Shown piece by piece: positions 12,426 to 24,690 of a stretch of DNA of 64,000 bases. Source of the stretch: Takakia lepidozioides (taxonomy: Eukaryota > Plantae > Bryophyta). The stretch is taken from NCBI GenBank assembly GCA_030704615.1, contig CM060731.1:89962001-90026000 (forward strand). Reading direction: 5' to 3'. Below the pieces are notes generated by a model. That model searched no databases. It was given only the letters and a program-made list of their open reading frames with translations, and was not told the DNA's origin. How positions within the stretch are numbered: position 1 is the first letter of the stretch; each line of letters opens with the position of its first letter. A program made the position numbers and the translations under genes.

Positions 12426-12559
12426 GCCGCTTGGTTTTTTGGTCTAAAAAGGCACTAAACTTTAGTTTTGTGGCTGAAGTCCACTTTTAGACACGTTTTT
12501 CAGGGAATTCTCGACTGCTAGAGAGAAATTCCTTGCTTCTTTTCCATCCCGCTTAGTTC

Positions 12560-13473
12560 CTACATGGAAATTCGTTGCCGAAATTCCATGTGGCCGCGAT
12601 TGCGATTACATGCCGAATGGAAATTCGGCGCCGGTTTTCCATCCCCTCCGCCCGAGTCGACTTTATCCCGGCGCCCCCTGTTGGATATTCGGTGCCGAAT
12701 TTCCGTCCGGGGGTTGTAATGTGACGGCCAGGTGCAGGCCTCTCCCCCCGAGCTGACTGCATCCGAATGGCCCCGGATGGAAATTCGGGGCCGTTTTTCC
12801 ATCCGGGGAGGTTTTTATGTCGGCCAGTTTTCGGCCTGACCCCCCGACACGACTTCCATTGGGGGGGAATTCGGCGCCGAATTTCCATCCGGGGGATGTT
12901 CTCTGTCGGACAGGTGTCGGCCTCTCCGCCAGAGGCGACATCATCCGAGCGGCCCCTGTTGGATATTCGGTGCCGAATTCCCGTCCGGGGGTTGTAATGT
13001 GACGGCCTCTCCCCCCGAGCCGACTGCATCCGAACGGCCCTGGATGGAAATTCGGCGCCGTTTTTCCATTCGGGGAGGTTTTTATGTCGGCCAGTTTTCG
13101 GCCTGACCCCCCGACACGACTTCCTTTGGGGGGGCCCGGATGGAAATTCGGTGCTGAATTTTCATCCGGGGGATGTTCTCTGTCGGACAGGTGCCGGCCT
13201 CTCCGCCAGAGGCGACATCATCCGGGCGGCCCCTGTTGGATATTCGGTGCCGAATTCCCGTCCGAGGGTTGTAATGTGACGGCCAGGTGCCAGCCTCTCC
13301 CCCTGAGCCGACTGCATCTGAACGGCCCCGGATGGAAATTCGGCGCCGTTTTTCCATCCGGTCCGGTTTTTATTTTGGCCATTTTTCGGCCTAACCCCCC
13401 GACACGACTTCCTTTGGGGGGGCCCGGATGGAAATTCGGCGTCGAATTTCCATCCGGGGGATGTTCTCTGTCG
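12560..13473. repeat. Tandem array, ~280-bp unit x ~3 with several palindromic cores
   Basis: ccctgttggatattcggtgccgaatt recurs at 12676, 12954 and 13231. There are several GGAAATTCGGCGCCG-type cores per unit. Confidence 0.9.
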
Positions 13474-14598
13474 ACCCTGGTGGACATGTTTGCAAAATGT
13501 AGGTGCATCGAGGATGCAAAGGGAGTGTTCAACACTATGGCTGAACAAGATGTGGTGTCGTGGAGTGCGATGCGTGCAGGGTATGCACAGCAGAGACATG
13601 GAATGGAGGCTTTGGAGACCTATGAGCAAATGATGTGCGACGGGGTGAAGCTCGACCACATCACGTTTGTGTGCGTTTGCAGTGCGTGTGTGCAAGCCTG
13701 GCAGCCCTGGAAAAGGGCGAAAAGGTGCATGGCGACATCGTCAGAGCTGGAATTGTACCAGATGTGATCCTGAACATTGCCCTGGTGGACATGTATGCCA
13801 AATATGGGTGCATGGACGATGCAAAGGGAGTGTTCGACAATATGGCTGAACGAGATGTGGTGCGATGATCGCAGGATATGCACAACATGGTTGTCATAGG
13901 GAGGTCGTGCAATTATTTGAAGGAATGCAAAAGAACGGCTTGAAGCCGAGCAATATCACCTTTATATGTGTTCTCTCTACATGCAGCCACGCTAGCCTAC
14001 TGAATGAAGGAAGATTCTACTTTGATTCCCTGAGTCAAGATCATGGTGTCACTCCGACAGTAAAGCACTTTGGCTGCATGGTGGACCTTCTTGGACGTGC
14101 GGGACAACCGGACAAGGCAGTGGACCTGATTAATAAAATGCCCATAAATCCAAGTGCTATGGTGTGGAAGGCCTTGCTTGGTGCCTGCAGAAATCCATGG
14201 CAATGTGGAGATGGCTGAACGTGCAGCAACATCTATCCTCATGTGGGCTGAACAGGATGTCGCGACTTATGTGTTGCTCTCAAACATCTATGCTGCAGCT
14301 GGCAGGTGGGTTGATACTGCAAAGGTGAGAAGAATGATGAAGGTCAAAGGGGTTAGAAACGAGCCAGGTCGCTGCTGCATTGAGGTTGGCAACAGGGTGC
14401 ACACCTTCGTTGTAGATGACAAGTTGCATCCCAGAATTAAGGAAATCCATGCTAAGTTGAGAAGATTGTCTGGGAAGATGAAGGAGGCGGGGTATGTACC
14501 TGACAGGCGCTTTGTATTGCATGATGTGGGGGAGGAGGAAAATGAATTTTCTCTTTGCCACCACAGTGAGAAGCTGGCCATTGGTTTTGGCATATCCA
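13474..14598 (+). pseudogene. PLS-class PPR protein with E domain and truncated DYW deaminase domain
   Basis: PPR motifs LVDMFAKCRCIEDAKGVF, DVVSWSAM and HFGCMVDLLGRAG; E domain YVLLSNIYAAAGRW; PG box PGRCCIEVGNRVHTF; HHSEKLAIGFG. It ends before CxxC/DYW, has frameshifts and a stop, and is 5'-truncated at the repeat array. Confidence 0.9.
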
Positions 14599-14779
14599 CG
14601 GGAAATGATAGTGGGGTCTACCCAGCATAGGTGGGAAGTCAGCCCATAATTGCACTTGACTGAAGGGGTGGTATTGGACTGACTTAGGTGACAGTGGATG
14701 GAATCAGAGTGCTGTCCTAATTCTGGGTTTGGGTGGTATGGCTGAACGAGATGTGGTGTCGTGTTTGCTGCATGAATTC

Positions 14780-16075
14780 TAGGCTGTCATTGTCAGTTGC
14801 TAGCAACAAGGCAAGGATGTATGCATGATTTGTGCAGAGGCATGGATAGTTGAAGGAGGAGGGATGGAGTGTGGGTCCAGATTCATCCAAGAGGGACGGA
14901 TTTCAAGCTTCAGATCACCTACGACTCCCTGTGGAAGGATAGCTACAAGAAATCTGCTTGGGTAGATGGTCAACTGGAAGCCGCAGCAGCATCGACAAAA
15001 TTGATAAAATCAGGCACTGCTCATGAAGGCACCTTCTTCAACACGTTTCACCCTATTTTTCTCTCTTATCAAAATTGGCCCTAAATGTTGAATTCTGCAA
15101 ATTAGCTGGTTGAGTGAACCTTAAATAGTTTGGAGTGACTTTGACATGATATTGCCAATGTGACAACAGGATAAGTATCCAGAAATAGGTAACAGAGACG
15201 AGGAGAAGCTGTGGAATGAATACTTTTCTGACCCAGTCAATGGTGGGACAATCGAGCAAAAAGGTGAATGCCTGTTGAATTACAAAGAGTAGCAGCATAA
15301 CTAGAGTGATAAGTTGAGTTGGGTGTTTCCTAGAAGAGATGTAGGCTGTCATTGTTAGCTGCTAGCAGCAAGGCAAGGATGTATGCATGATTTGTGGAGA
15401 GGATGGATAGTTGAAGGAGCAGGGATAGAGTGTGGGTCCCGATTCATCCAAGAGGGCCGCATTTCAAGCTCCACATTACCTACGATTCCTTGTGGAAGGA
15501 TGGCTACAAGAACTTGCATGGGTAGATGGTCAACTGGAAGCCACAGCAGCAGCGGCGCCACAATTGATAAAATCAGACACTGCTAATGAGGGCACCTTCT
15601 TCAACATATTTCACCCTGTTTTTTCCTCAGAATCCTTCTTCTTCCATGTTGAATTCTGCAAGTTAGCTGGTTAAGTGAACCTTTGATAGTTTGGAGTGAC
15701 TTTGACATGATACTGCCAAAGTGACAACAGGAAAGTATCCAGAAACATGTAACAGATGATGAGAAGCTGTGGAATGAGTACTTTTCTGACCCCAGTCAAT
15801 GGTGGGACAACCGAGGCAAAAAGGTGAATGCCTGTATAATTATAGAGAGTAGCAGACGCAATTCAGCATAGGAATGAGTGTGATAAGCTGAGTTGGGTGT
15901 CTCTTAGAACAAATGTAGGCTGTCATTGTCAGCTGCTAGCAGGAAGGCAACGATGAATGCATGATTTATGCAGAGCCATGGATAGCTGACGGAGCAGGGA
16001 TAGAGCGTGGATCCAGATTCATCCAAGAGGGCCAGATTTACCTTGCACAAGATTACCTATGATTCCCTGTGGATC
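14780..16075 (+). pseudogene. Tandemly triplicated (~570 bp) exon-intron fragment encoding an OSB-type PDF motif
   Basis: Units start near 14780, 15343 and 15916. Exon EKLWNEYFSDPSQWWDNR.KK, then an intron, then IHPRGPDF.HKITYDSLW match the PDF repeat of organellar ssDNA-binding (OSB/pTAC9) proteins. Frameshifted. Confidence 0.7.
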
Positions 16076-16535
16076 AATAGCTGGGAGTGCCATGATTGCA
16101 GGATATGGGCGGCATGGGGGTTGGATCTATGAGCAAATGTTGCAGGAAGGGGTGAAGCCCAACCACATCACATTCATTTGCATTTGTGCAAATGCGTGTA
16201 CAAGCCTGGCAACCCTGCAAAATGGCAAGAGGTCTAGGTGACATCATCAAAGCTGGAATTGTACCAAATGTCATGTGGAAGGAAGGAGGCAGTTCAGCAA
16301 TTCTTATGTCTCTCTCTTGCAATGCATGTGCAAGCTTGGCATACGTGGGAAAAGGAAAAGAGCTCCATGGTGACATCGTCAAAGTTGGAATCATTCCACA
16401 TGTCATTTTGAACTAATGAAAATGTGTGCCAAACATGGGAGCATTGAGGATGCAAAGGGGTGTTTGAGAATATGGCTAACGAGATGATGGGGTGTCATGG
16501 AACTCGATGATTGCAGAATATGCCTGTCATGGGTG
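16076..16535 (+). pseudogene. Degenerate PLS-PPR fragment
   Basis: SAMIAGYGRHG, EQMLQEGVKPNHITF, NACASLAYVGKGKELHGDI and GSIEDAKGVFENM, with frameshifts. Confidence 0.8.
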
Positions 16536-17939
16536 AAATGCTAAATGGATTCTAAAGTCTTGGCATGGTTGGAGCTCGAGTCGTCATCCCATATGACAAA
16601 TGCGTATAGTCAGGTAGGCCTAACAACATTGCTAATCATGGTCCTTTTGACTTCAGTTTTTCTAATCCCTTTATAGTGGACTAATTTTGTTCGTCTAACT
16701 GTCTGTGGGTGAAACACAGGTAGCTACTGTTAGAGCAGAGTCTAAATGTTCTAAGTCCATGTACGCTATGGAGTTCCAGGCAGGGACACAACAGGTTGAT
16801 ACAGTTCATTCCCATGTCACATACGGTGATTTCCTTCTCAAAATGTAGCAAGAAGCATGTCCTCTAAAGGAGACTTCTCTTTTTTTTTTGTAGAGGTTTG
16901 TATGGAAGTTCTGAATCATGTAAAATGGTAGGGTTGAATCATAGTTTGTTGGACTTCAGACTGGTGGAAGGGGGTATCATCTTTAACATTAAACATGCAT
17001 GCCAAATGTGGGAGCATAACATATGCTCATATGTTGACCTGCAGTATGCCTAAACAGATGTGGTCTCGGAGTAAAATGAACACTGATATGCTCGTTGTGG
17101 GTGTATGCAGAAGTACGTTGAGGCCAAATATCAGAAGGGTGATTCTGAACAGGTTTTCGTCATATGTCTTTTGAATGCAGCTTGTGCCAGCCCAGGAAAG
17201 AGGTGAAGACATCATGCAAGCTAGGGTTGTATTATGTATAATCTGGAGAATAGCAAGTTAGGTGCTCTCTCCATATGCGACAGTTTTTTTCTTAAGTTCC
17301 AAGCATGGTCGTTACGGACTCATGAGTTTGTGCAAAGTATGGGACGGTTTTGAGGTATTGTCTTAATACAATGTCACGTGTTCTTCATCATGTTTATTTC
17401 TTTTTGTGCTTTGATGGGATGCCCTGTATGTTCTCCAGTCTCAATCACATCCGCAGCCGATGATCAGTGGCTGTCGGGGATTGTGTTGTGTTGTTATTCG
17501 GAGACAGTATTGCACATGTATGAACCACAAGCCGCAGCCCCCAAGTCACTGCAACCATTACGAGTGCCTGGTTCCCAACCCACAGTCGATGTATATCACT
17601 AGTGAAGTAGTGCATTTCAAACCTCCAGTTGCATCTATCACTTCAACACTCTAGTTGTTGACTCCACTTGCAAGTCGTAAAGGCAACCGGCAGACAGTCC
17701 AAGATTCAGTCAACGCCGCGCATGGCGCTGCCACGTGCCCCCCCCCAAAAAAAATTGAGCCGCAGTTGGCGGAACGACTGACCGAAACCACTCCGACCAC
17801 GTCATGACTGAAACGACTGGGCTGTCCGAAGAGACTAGTCTATTGGCACTCCAAGTTGCCTAGTCGTTTTTTGTCTGCAACGACTCACTTTGCAGTCGTT
17901 TCGCCAGTTGTTAAATTGACGATTCCTTGCAGTGAAATT

Positions 17940-18965
17940 TGAAGACCATCAAAGATGACACAGAAGAGAGAGGTGATTGAAGTAATTAAGCCATTGACCT
18001 CTCTAGATCAAAGAGAACACTCTATCTATAGTGTAGTTTTGGAAGCTGTCGTGGAGGGTTTTTTATGCTTCCAGTTGACCTCCCTTTTAAATTTCGGGGA
18101 AAGAGTGGAGTGGTGCACGGAGATCTCGCCAAGCTTGTAGGGGGAGCTCGTTCCAGTTGCATTGGTCTTGCGTAGGGCTGCTCCATATGAGGCCCTGTTT
18201 GCCCCAGGCGTGTTGAAAACCCTATTAACTACTTGCCATCCATTTTTTTGCTCATAGGTTGGGTTACTGACAGGGCTCTGTATCCTTTTTTGGTAGTGTA
18301 TGCAAAGAAGGGCTCTCGCAAGTTTTTGAATTTCCAGGACCATTCCAGGGGGTCAATCTCCATTTTTGCTAGGGGCCTTCCTAGAATCCACACAAATGAG
18401 CTAATTGCCAGCCAAGCCCTAGTGGTGATAGTGAATGGAGGCTGGGGATTCATCATTTTGTGCCATTGTTGGAAAGCGTACGGGTTCATGAGAGGTAAGT
18501 GTGAGTCTAAGTGAAGTGGTATTGATGGTGAAGGTGTAGACCAAAATATCATTCATGGTGATGTCTTCTACAAACAGAATAGTAAGTTGGTTTTGAAGAA
18601 CGACGAGGGCCCAAGAGTTTGGGGTTGGCTCAGGAGGGCCAGAGGAAAGGGTAGAGAGCCATTGTACTGGGATAGATTGAATGCTTTGCTGATGGCCTTT
18701 GGAGGCTCGTGCAACACCAACATCTTGAGCCACAAATTCTTGAGTTCGGAGACTGTTTCCTGTCCATAAGTTATGTATCTGTCTGATGCCCAGACAGTCC
18801 CATTTGGACCATCTTTTTGCCTGGTTTTTCTGGGAAGGGGTCAAAGGGGTACTGTTTAAGAACAAATGCTATCTTTTAATTTTGTAGTAGTTGTTTTGTT
18901 GGGCTTAGATGAGCAGCTTCCTTAGCTGCCCCCAAGCCTGCCAGATGCTTGACCAGAGAGTGGAG
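17940..18965 (-). mobile_element. L1-type LINE ORF2 C-terminal fragment
   Basis: STLWSSIWQAWGQLRKLL and LFLN...AKRWSKWDCLGIRQIHNLW align with SDLWSSIWKSWNCLRPFL..LFLN..AKRWAEWENRGFSTIKHLW of the LINE at 27 kb. Confidence 0.75.
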
Positions 18966-20361
18966 AGGTTTACTATTTCATGAGCAGAAACCATGAGCCA
19001 TGAGCCATGAGCCGCATGAGCGGTGAGCCGAAGTCTAAGACACGCGGATTTCATGAGCGGACTCCTCCAAATTTGGAAATGCGGCAGATTAAACAAGTAT
19101 TAAAATAATAGTTTTATATTTGACCTTGCCGTTTTTGGAAGTTACAGATCCTGTAATGCGGCAAAGATATGTCGTCAATAACAACTCCGCTCATGGTTTT
19201 TTAGATCCGCTCATGGAAATGAGTGACCGTGCAACGAGAAATCCAGTATACCATGGCAAAAGGACGTCGCATACTAGCCTGTATAGAGTATTCCACATGA
19301 TAGTAATGCTTCAACTTTCCTAATATCCATTCCTTCAGTCCTACCTCAGGTTGTTTGTTGCCTAGCTCAATCCCTGGCAACTCTTTTCACCTACTTTCAA
19401 AATCTTGAGGCCAAGCCTAAAGCCCTGTTCTAACAACAGATTGATGTTTGTGTGAAAAGATATCTACTAAAGCCTGGACGAAAGCCTGGACGAATTGTTT
19501 AGAAGTCCCACTGCTGGAGTCAGCCCCTCATAAAGGTAGTGTCTGTCCCCCCTTGGTCAGTCCAAACTAGGAGCGGGAGCCACAAGGCTACAATAAACAA
19601 CATCTTCTGAGTACATTTTCTAGCACAGCCGCCCAGTCAGATTACCATTGCCTCTTACGTTACGTTTCAGCTAAAGTCTCGAGCTCCCCCTCACGAGCCC
19701 TCTGCAAATTCCAATTGAGGCAAAATGATGAACCCAGGCTCTGTAATTAAGGCCAATATGTGACAAAGGCAAAGAGAGCAGGGTGTGTTTTTTTCGTTTT
19801 TTTTGCTCCTATTTACTACAAAACTACCGTAATAGAGTCTGCACAATTCTATCATCTTCCAATATTCGGCGGGAAAGGTTTGCGACTCAACTAGGAAATG
19901 CGGTGCCGCATTAGGGTTCGCACGTGCGAAATTTTATGGGCAGTTTGGTGTTGGTGAATGCCGCATCTACCAGTACCTACGACGTTACTTGGAAATGCGG
20001 CGCCGCATTTCCTTGCGGGGGGTCGAATGAGGAAAGCAAAGTTTGGGAGAGCAGAAAAACAGGAACCCTCCAACACACAAAAATACATGCACGTGGAAAC
20101 ACGAGTGAATGACATAGTATTATCTTAGTTTGAGAAAAACAGGTTACTGGTAGGCAAGACATAAGTCGGACCTTTCTGTGGCCAGAGTCAGAGCTACTTG
20201 CAGCAGTACAGTTCTACTATCCAAAAAGGATGGGCGTACCATAGTGTTGGGACCGCAAGCCAAGGTCACTGGTCCCCTGGATCCATATTCAGAAGAGTGT
20301 GGACCTCTTGGGGGCCTCAACCCTGGTGCATGTATGAAGTGATGAGTTGTGGAATTACAGC

Positions 20362-22406
20362 AAACACACGATTAACCCAATTTACCTCTCCCACTTTTGT
20401 AAGCTAGCATGCATTCTACACACTAGCCAACCACACCATGCATCACCATTCCAATTTTCGGTCCACTCTACCTTGCAACTACCCTGCAGTTGTTGGGCAC
20501 AAGGTCGGTTGTGTCGGGTGGAGTGGGTGTAGGAGGGGGTGGCATAGTTACTGGTGGTGGGGAGAACCCCTGAAGAGGGGTAATGGACTTGAGTGTGGCT
20601 ACAAGTATGTCTTTGGAGAGGAAGGGGAATTTGTGAATGGTATCGATGGGATCTGGAACGGGGGTGGTTATGGTAGTCAGATGGTCGCCTAAGATTTTAT
20701 GTACATTGTTGCCGCGTTGCCTATCCCATTTCTTTTCCGACCAGGAGAGTCACCCTCTCAGCGGACCTTCTTGTGGTTCAGCTCTCTACGGCCTTGTTTT
20801 TCGCTCCTAGGGACATCCGAGAACACTCATGAACTCTTTCAATTGCCTTATTCAAAGTCTTTGGTGGCCTCTCCTCCAACTTCCACCTGGCCCATGGGGC
20901 CAATCCCACCACAAAGTTGAAGACCATTTCTGGTTCCGCCATATCCACGACTTCGAGCAATAGCACATTGAAAACCTGAACCTAGCCCCAAATGTCATCC
21001 GTAGGTCATCCGTCTGCTTCAAGTTCCTCATCTTGTCTCGGGCGAGCCAGGATGCATTGAGGGGTACGAATTGCTTCTTCAAGAGTTCCTTGAACCCACT
21101 CCAGCTCATAGCTTTTGGACTTGGCCCCTAGTCCTGAAGACGTTTCTGCCACCACTGTTGAGCATAACCCCTCAAATAGGTGGGTGCCACCTCCACCAAT
21201 CCTCGTCACTCAACTTGGCTGCCTGGAAGTACTGCTCCAACTCCAAGAACCAAGTATTGAGTGCTTTCCGATTCCGGATACCCTCAAAGGTGCCGGGCTC
21301 CTTTGGCTTAACCTTAAACTTAGCCATAGTAGAGGTGGCATTTTGGCCGTCTTCACCACATCCTTCAGGTCCCACCAAATTGTGCCAAAAGCCCTTCCCA
21401 AGAAACTGGTGGCATTAGAGGCATCTGTTGGTCCAACGGAGCCTTCAGAAGGTCCTCGGGCTTCGACTCCTCAGATGCCTCCTGCTCTTGAGCGGCATCA
21501 CCTTCAGAAGCGTAGCTTGCCTCTTCTGCTAGCCGCTCCGGCGTCGCGTCGCCCCTACCGGGTTCACTAGGGTTGTCGGCTTTCGGGCCGTTCCGCTTTC
21601 GCTTGGCCTTGCCCGACCCCATGGTGAGGCCGATCTCAAAGACAATCGCGTACTTAACTCTAGGCTCTGATACCAAGTGTCGTGCACCTTACTTTGGTAG
21701 ACTCCCCTTCAAGTCATAGTTACTCACTTTGATGCGCGCGCCTAACTCCCAAACGGGCCAACTCGGAGCTTCGGCTACTCACCAGGACATAACGGTCCCC
21801 CCCCCTTGCTCCTCACCGGGCCATCAACAACGCGGACTCAGTGGCAATTCCCTTTGGTTGTAGGCAAACCGGAATGGCTCCCCATACTTTGGTCGCTTTC
21901 CGGCTCGTTTGCTTGCTTAGTAGCTTTTGGTCGCTTAACGGGCTTGCACCGTTCTCGGGGTTACTACTCCCTATATATACTTCTATAGGTGTCGGCGGGG
22001 GTCTCACAAATAGCCAAGTCCTTTTCTGGTGAACCACGTCCACCATGACCCTTTGACTTCCTGTGATGAGTCGCGGTGAGTCTTGGCCCACCTACCACGG
22101 CCCCACACAAGGCCTCATCCCCGTGGTGAGTCCTATGCCACCCCCACTACGACTCCCCATGCTACGACCACCCCACGTGGAGCCCCCCACCGCAACCCGG
22201 CTTGCGGGGCTCCCCTAGTGAGCGCTTCCGCCCCCTTGAGTGCCTTCGGCACTCAAAGGTGCTTCAGCCCCCATTCCTACTGCTGCCGTTGCCTCCACCA
22301 CAGGGGCAGCCCCTCTTCTGTCCCGACCCCCTGCCCTCAAGGCAAGAGGCCGGGACAGCCCCTCTTGTGTCCCGACCCCCTGCCCTCAAGGCAAAGGGCC
22401 ACGACA
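20362..22406 (-). mobile_element. LTR retrotransposon family A, copy 2 (5' LTR 21678-22406, PBS 21664-21675, disrupted gag, non-coding internal part)
   Basis: The LTR is bounded by TGTCG...CGACA and followed by PBS TGGTATCAGAGC on the - strand. Gag fragments are nearly identical to copy 1 (AKFKVKPKEPGTFEG, AEPEMVFNFV). Confidence 0.9.
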
Positions 22407-22448
22407 GCACACCAGATTACAGGCCAGTATGATAGGAGCAGATGTATT

Positions 22449-23770
22449 GGTAGATGTCTTATTGGTTGGTCAATTTGGTTTCGAAGTAGTTGCACTCCAA
22501 CTTCACCGGCCTCCGTTTATCCCCATAGCCCGGTCTTGATATCTTTGAAATAAAAAACAAACCCACCAACCTAGCCCAAGCACACCCAGAACTAAGTTTA
22601 GGGTCTCCAGGCCTTCACACCAAAGAAGTTAGGGGAAAGCATAGTGCTTAGGATGGGGAAAAGAGTTTGCTTACCAATGGTCCTCTCACTTTCAACAGCC
22701 AAGTGTTCCCCACGATAGGCCTTCACGCAAAACCCCCAAGACAACCACAAAAACCATGTCAGAGAATTGGTGTCATTATGAATGACAAGGACAAAACCCT
22801 TAATCCTTTCTGCATTGACTAACCTGAAGGAAGGGCCCCGTTCGTCATCGAGGAACACTGGAAACACTTGGTCGTTGGAATTGAGCGGTCTGCTAAATAA
22901 ATAAGTATTCTCCCTATCATAGGCGCCATGCTTTCCCCTAAATTCTTTGACCCCGTAAGTACTACGGAGTTTGTTCATTAAGTCTTTGGAAATCTTTTTT
23001 TGGCCAGGGGGTCTCCGGATTCCCACCAACTGATATACGAACCTATACAAGCACACACAAGAGAAGAGGACCTTCAGATATCTAGCGAGATTGTTTCAAT
23101 GCAGAATGTTTCAAATTGTTGAACATCATAGTGGTAGATGTCCTCTTGGTTGGTCACTTTGGTTTGAAGTAGTTGCACTCCAACTCCCCATAGCCCGATT
23201 TTCATATCTTCGAAATAAAAAACAAAACCACCAACTTAGCCCAACAACACCCAAAACTCCCTCTGGGTCGCTTTTTGATTTTGTATTTTGTTAAGAAAAT
23301 GGGATGGACAAGCGACGCCCTGGACCCCTAGTGGTTGTTTTACGCAGCGACTTTAGGGGGGTCGCCGTACAAGTAAACGACCTGAAAACGAGCTCTCATT
23401 TCCAGTGACGCGTTTGGCATCACTATAAGAGACTTATTCAACTTTTTCGTTGATTACAGGCCAATATGACAAGGGCAGATGCAAATACGGTTGTACATCG
23501 TAATGGTAGACAGGTGGTAGACGTCCTCTTGGTTGGTCAATTTGGTTTCAAAGTAGTTGCACTTCAACTTCACCAGCCTCCCTTTATCCCCATAGCACAC
23601 TCTTGATAGTTTCAAAATAAAAAACAAAACCACCAATTTAGCCCAAGCACATCCAGAACTAAGTTCAGGGTCTCCAGGCCTTCACACCAAAGAATCTAGG
23701 GGAAAGCATATTCGTGCTTAGGATAGGGAGAAGAGTTTGTTTACCAGTGGTCCTCTCACTTTGAACAGCC
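22449..23770. repeat. Three direct copies of a 130-250 bp non-coding repeat
   Basis: ggtaga.gtc.t.ttggttggtca.tttggttt..aagtagttgcact...aaaaaacaaa.ccaccaa at about 22449, 23133 and 23516. Confidence 0.85.
22824..23042 (-). pseudogene. Isolated Argonaute (AGO4/6-like) N-domain exon
   Basis: LMNKLRSTYGVKEFRGKHGAYDRENTYLFSRPLNSNDQVFPVFLDD resembles the AGO N-domain AYDGEKSLFT segment. It is bounded by an AG acceptor (23043-44) and a GT donor (22822-23). Confidence 0.6.
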
Positions 23771-23899
23771 ACTTTGAACAGCCACTTTCAACTTACCAGT
23801 GGTCGTTTATCGGTCGTAGTCATAAAACACCCGAAACTCACTCTCATTGACAACGACACCACCATCGTGCTCTAACAGACTTAATGAAGTTTTTGTTCT

Positions 23900-24690
23900 T
23901 AGGCCTATTTGGCGACCAAAATAGCGACGGCAAAGGGGTCGCTATACATTTCTGATTTTTTATATGTTCCAGAAAGGTCCAGAAAACGACACCTTGGGGG
24001 GTCTTTTTTCGATTCAAGTAATTCTGTTTTGATTCTCCCTGCGATGCCCTGGGGTCTCTGGAAGTTTAAAAAATATTTTACCATGCTACAATGTCGTTGT
24101 TTAACAGCGACACATAGGGGGTCGCTTTCTGTTTTATTCTATAAAATAATTTTGATTCTTGCGGCGACGCCATGTGGGGTTTCATGTTTCATGTGTCAGT
24201 TAAAAGAAATTTATTGGGGTTTTATAGAAACTTGACGCTTTGTACCAGCGACCCATAGGGGATCGCTTAAGGTTTTTTGTCCTAAAATAATTTTGGTTCT
24301 ATCAGCAACTCCCTAGGGGGTCGCTTCCAGTTAAACAATATTTGGTTTCAAAGAAACCCGACGTTTTTTACCAGCGACCCAGAGGGGGTCGCTTAAGATT
24401 TTGTGTTCTACATTTTTTTTGGTTGTATCAGTAACTCCCTGGGGGTCGCTTCCAATTTAAAGAGTATTTTGCTGGGGTTTCAAAGAAACCCGACGCTTTT
24501 TGCCAGCGACCTAGCGGGGTCGCTTAAGGTTTTTGCATAAAATATGTTGGTTGTGGCAGCGACGCCTTGGGGGTCGCTGACAGGTTAAACACTATTTTAT
24601 TGGGGTTCCATTGAAACCCGATGTTGTTCACCAGCGACCCAAAGGGGGTCGCTCCATGTTTTTATTCCAGACAGGTTGGGGGTCGCTTAC
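23900..24690. repeat. Array of AGCGACCC-N(2-6)-GGGGTCGCT hairpin motifs (TE subterminal-like)
   Basis: About a dozen gcgac.../ggggtcgct inverted pairs spaced roughly 60-70 bp apart in AT-rich DNA. Confidence 0.75.

Noticed and set aside
11857-13470. ORFs with MEIRRRISIR / WKFGAEFP repeats; CRISPR-like look
   Set aside because: They translate the palindrome on both strands. The spacers are repeated rather than unique, no cas genes are present, and the context is eukaryotic.
17800-17934. Possible CACTG-type right terminus (TCCTTGCAGTG) with aacgact repeats as the end of the ParB-MTase element
   Set aside because: No matching left TIR could be found upstream, so the link is unsupported.
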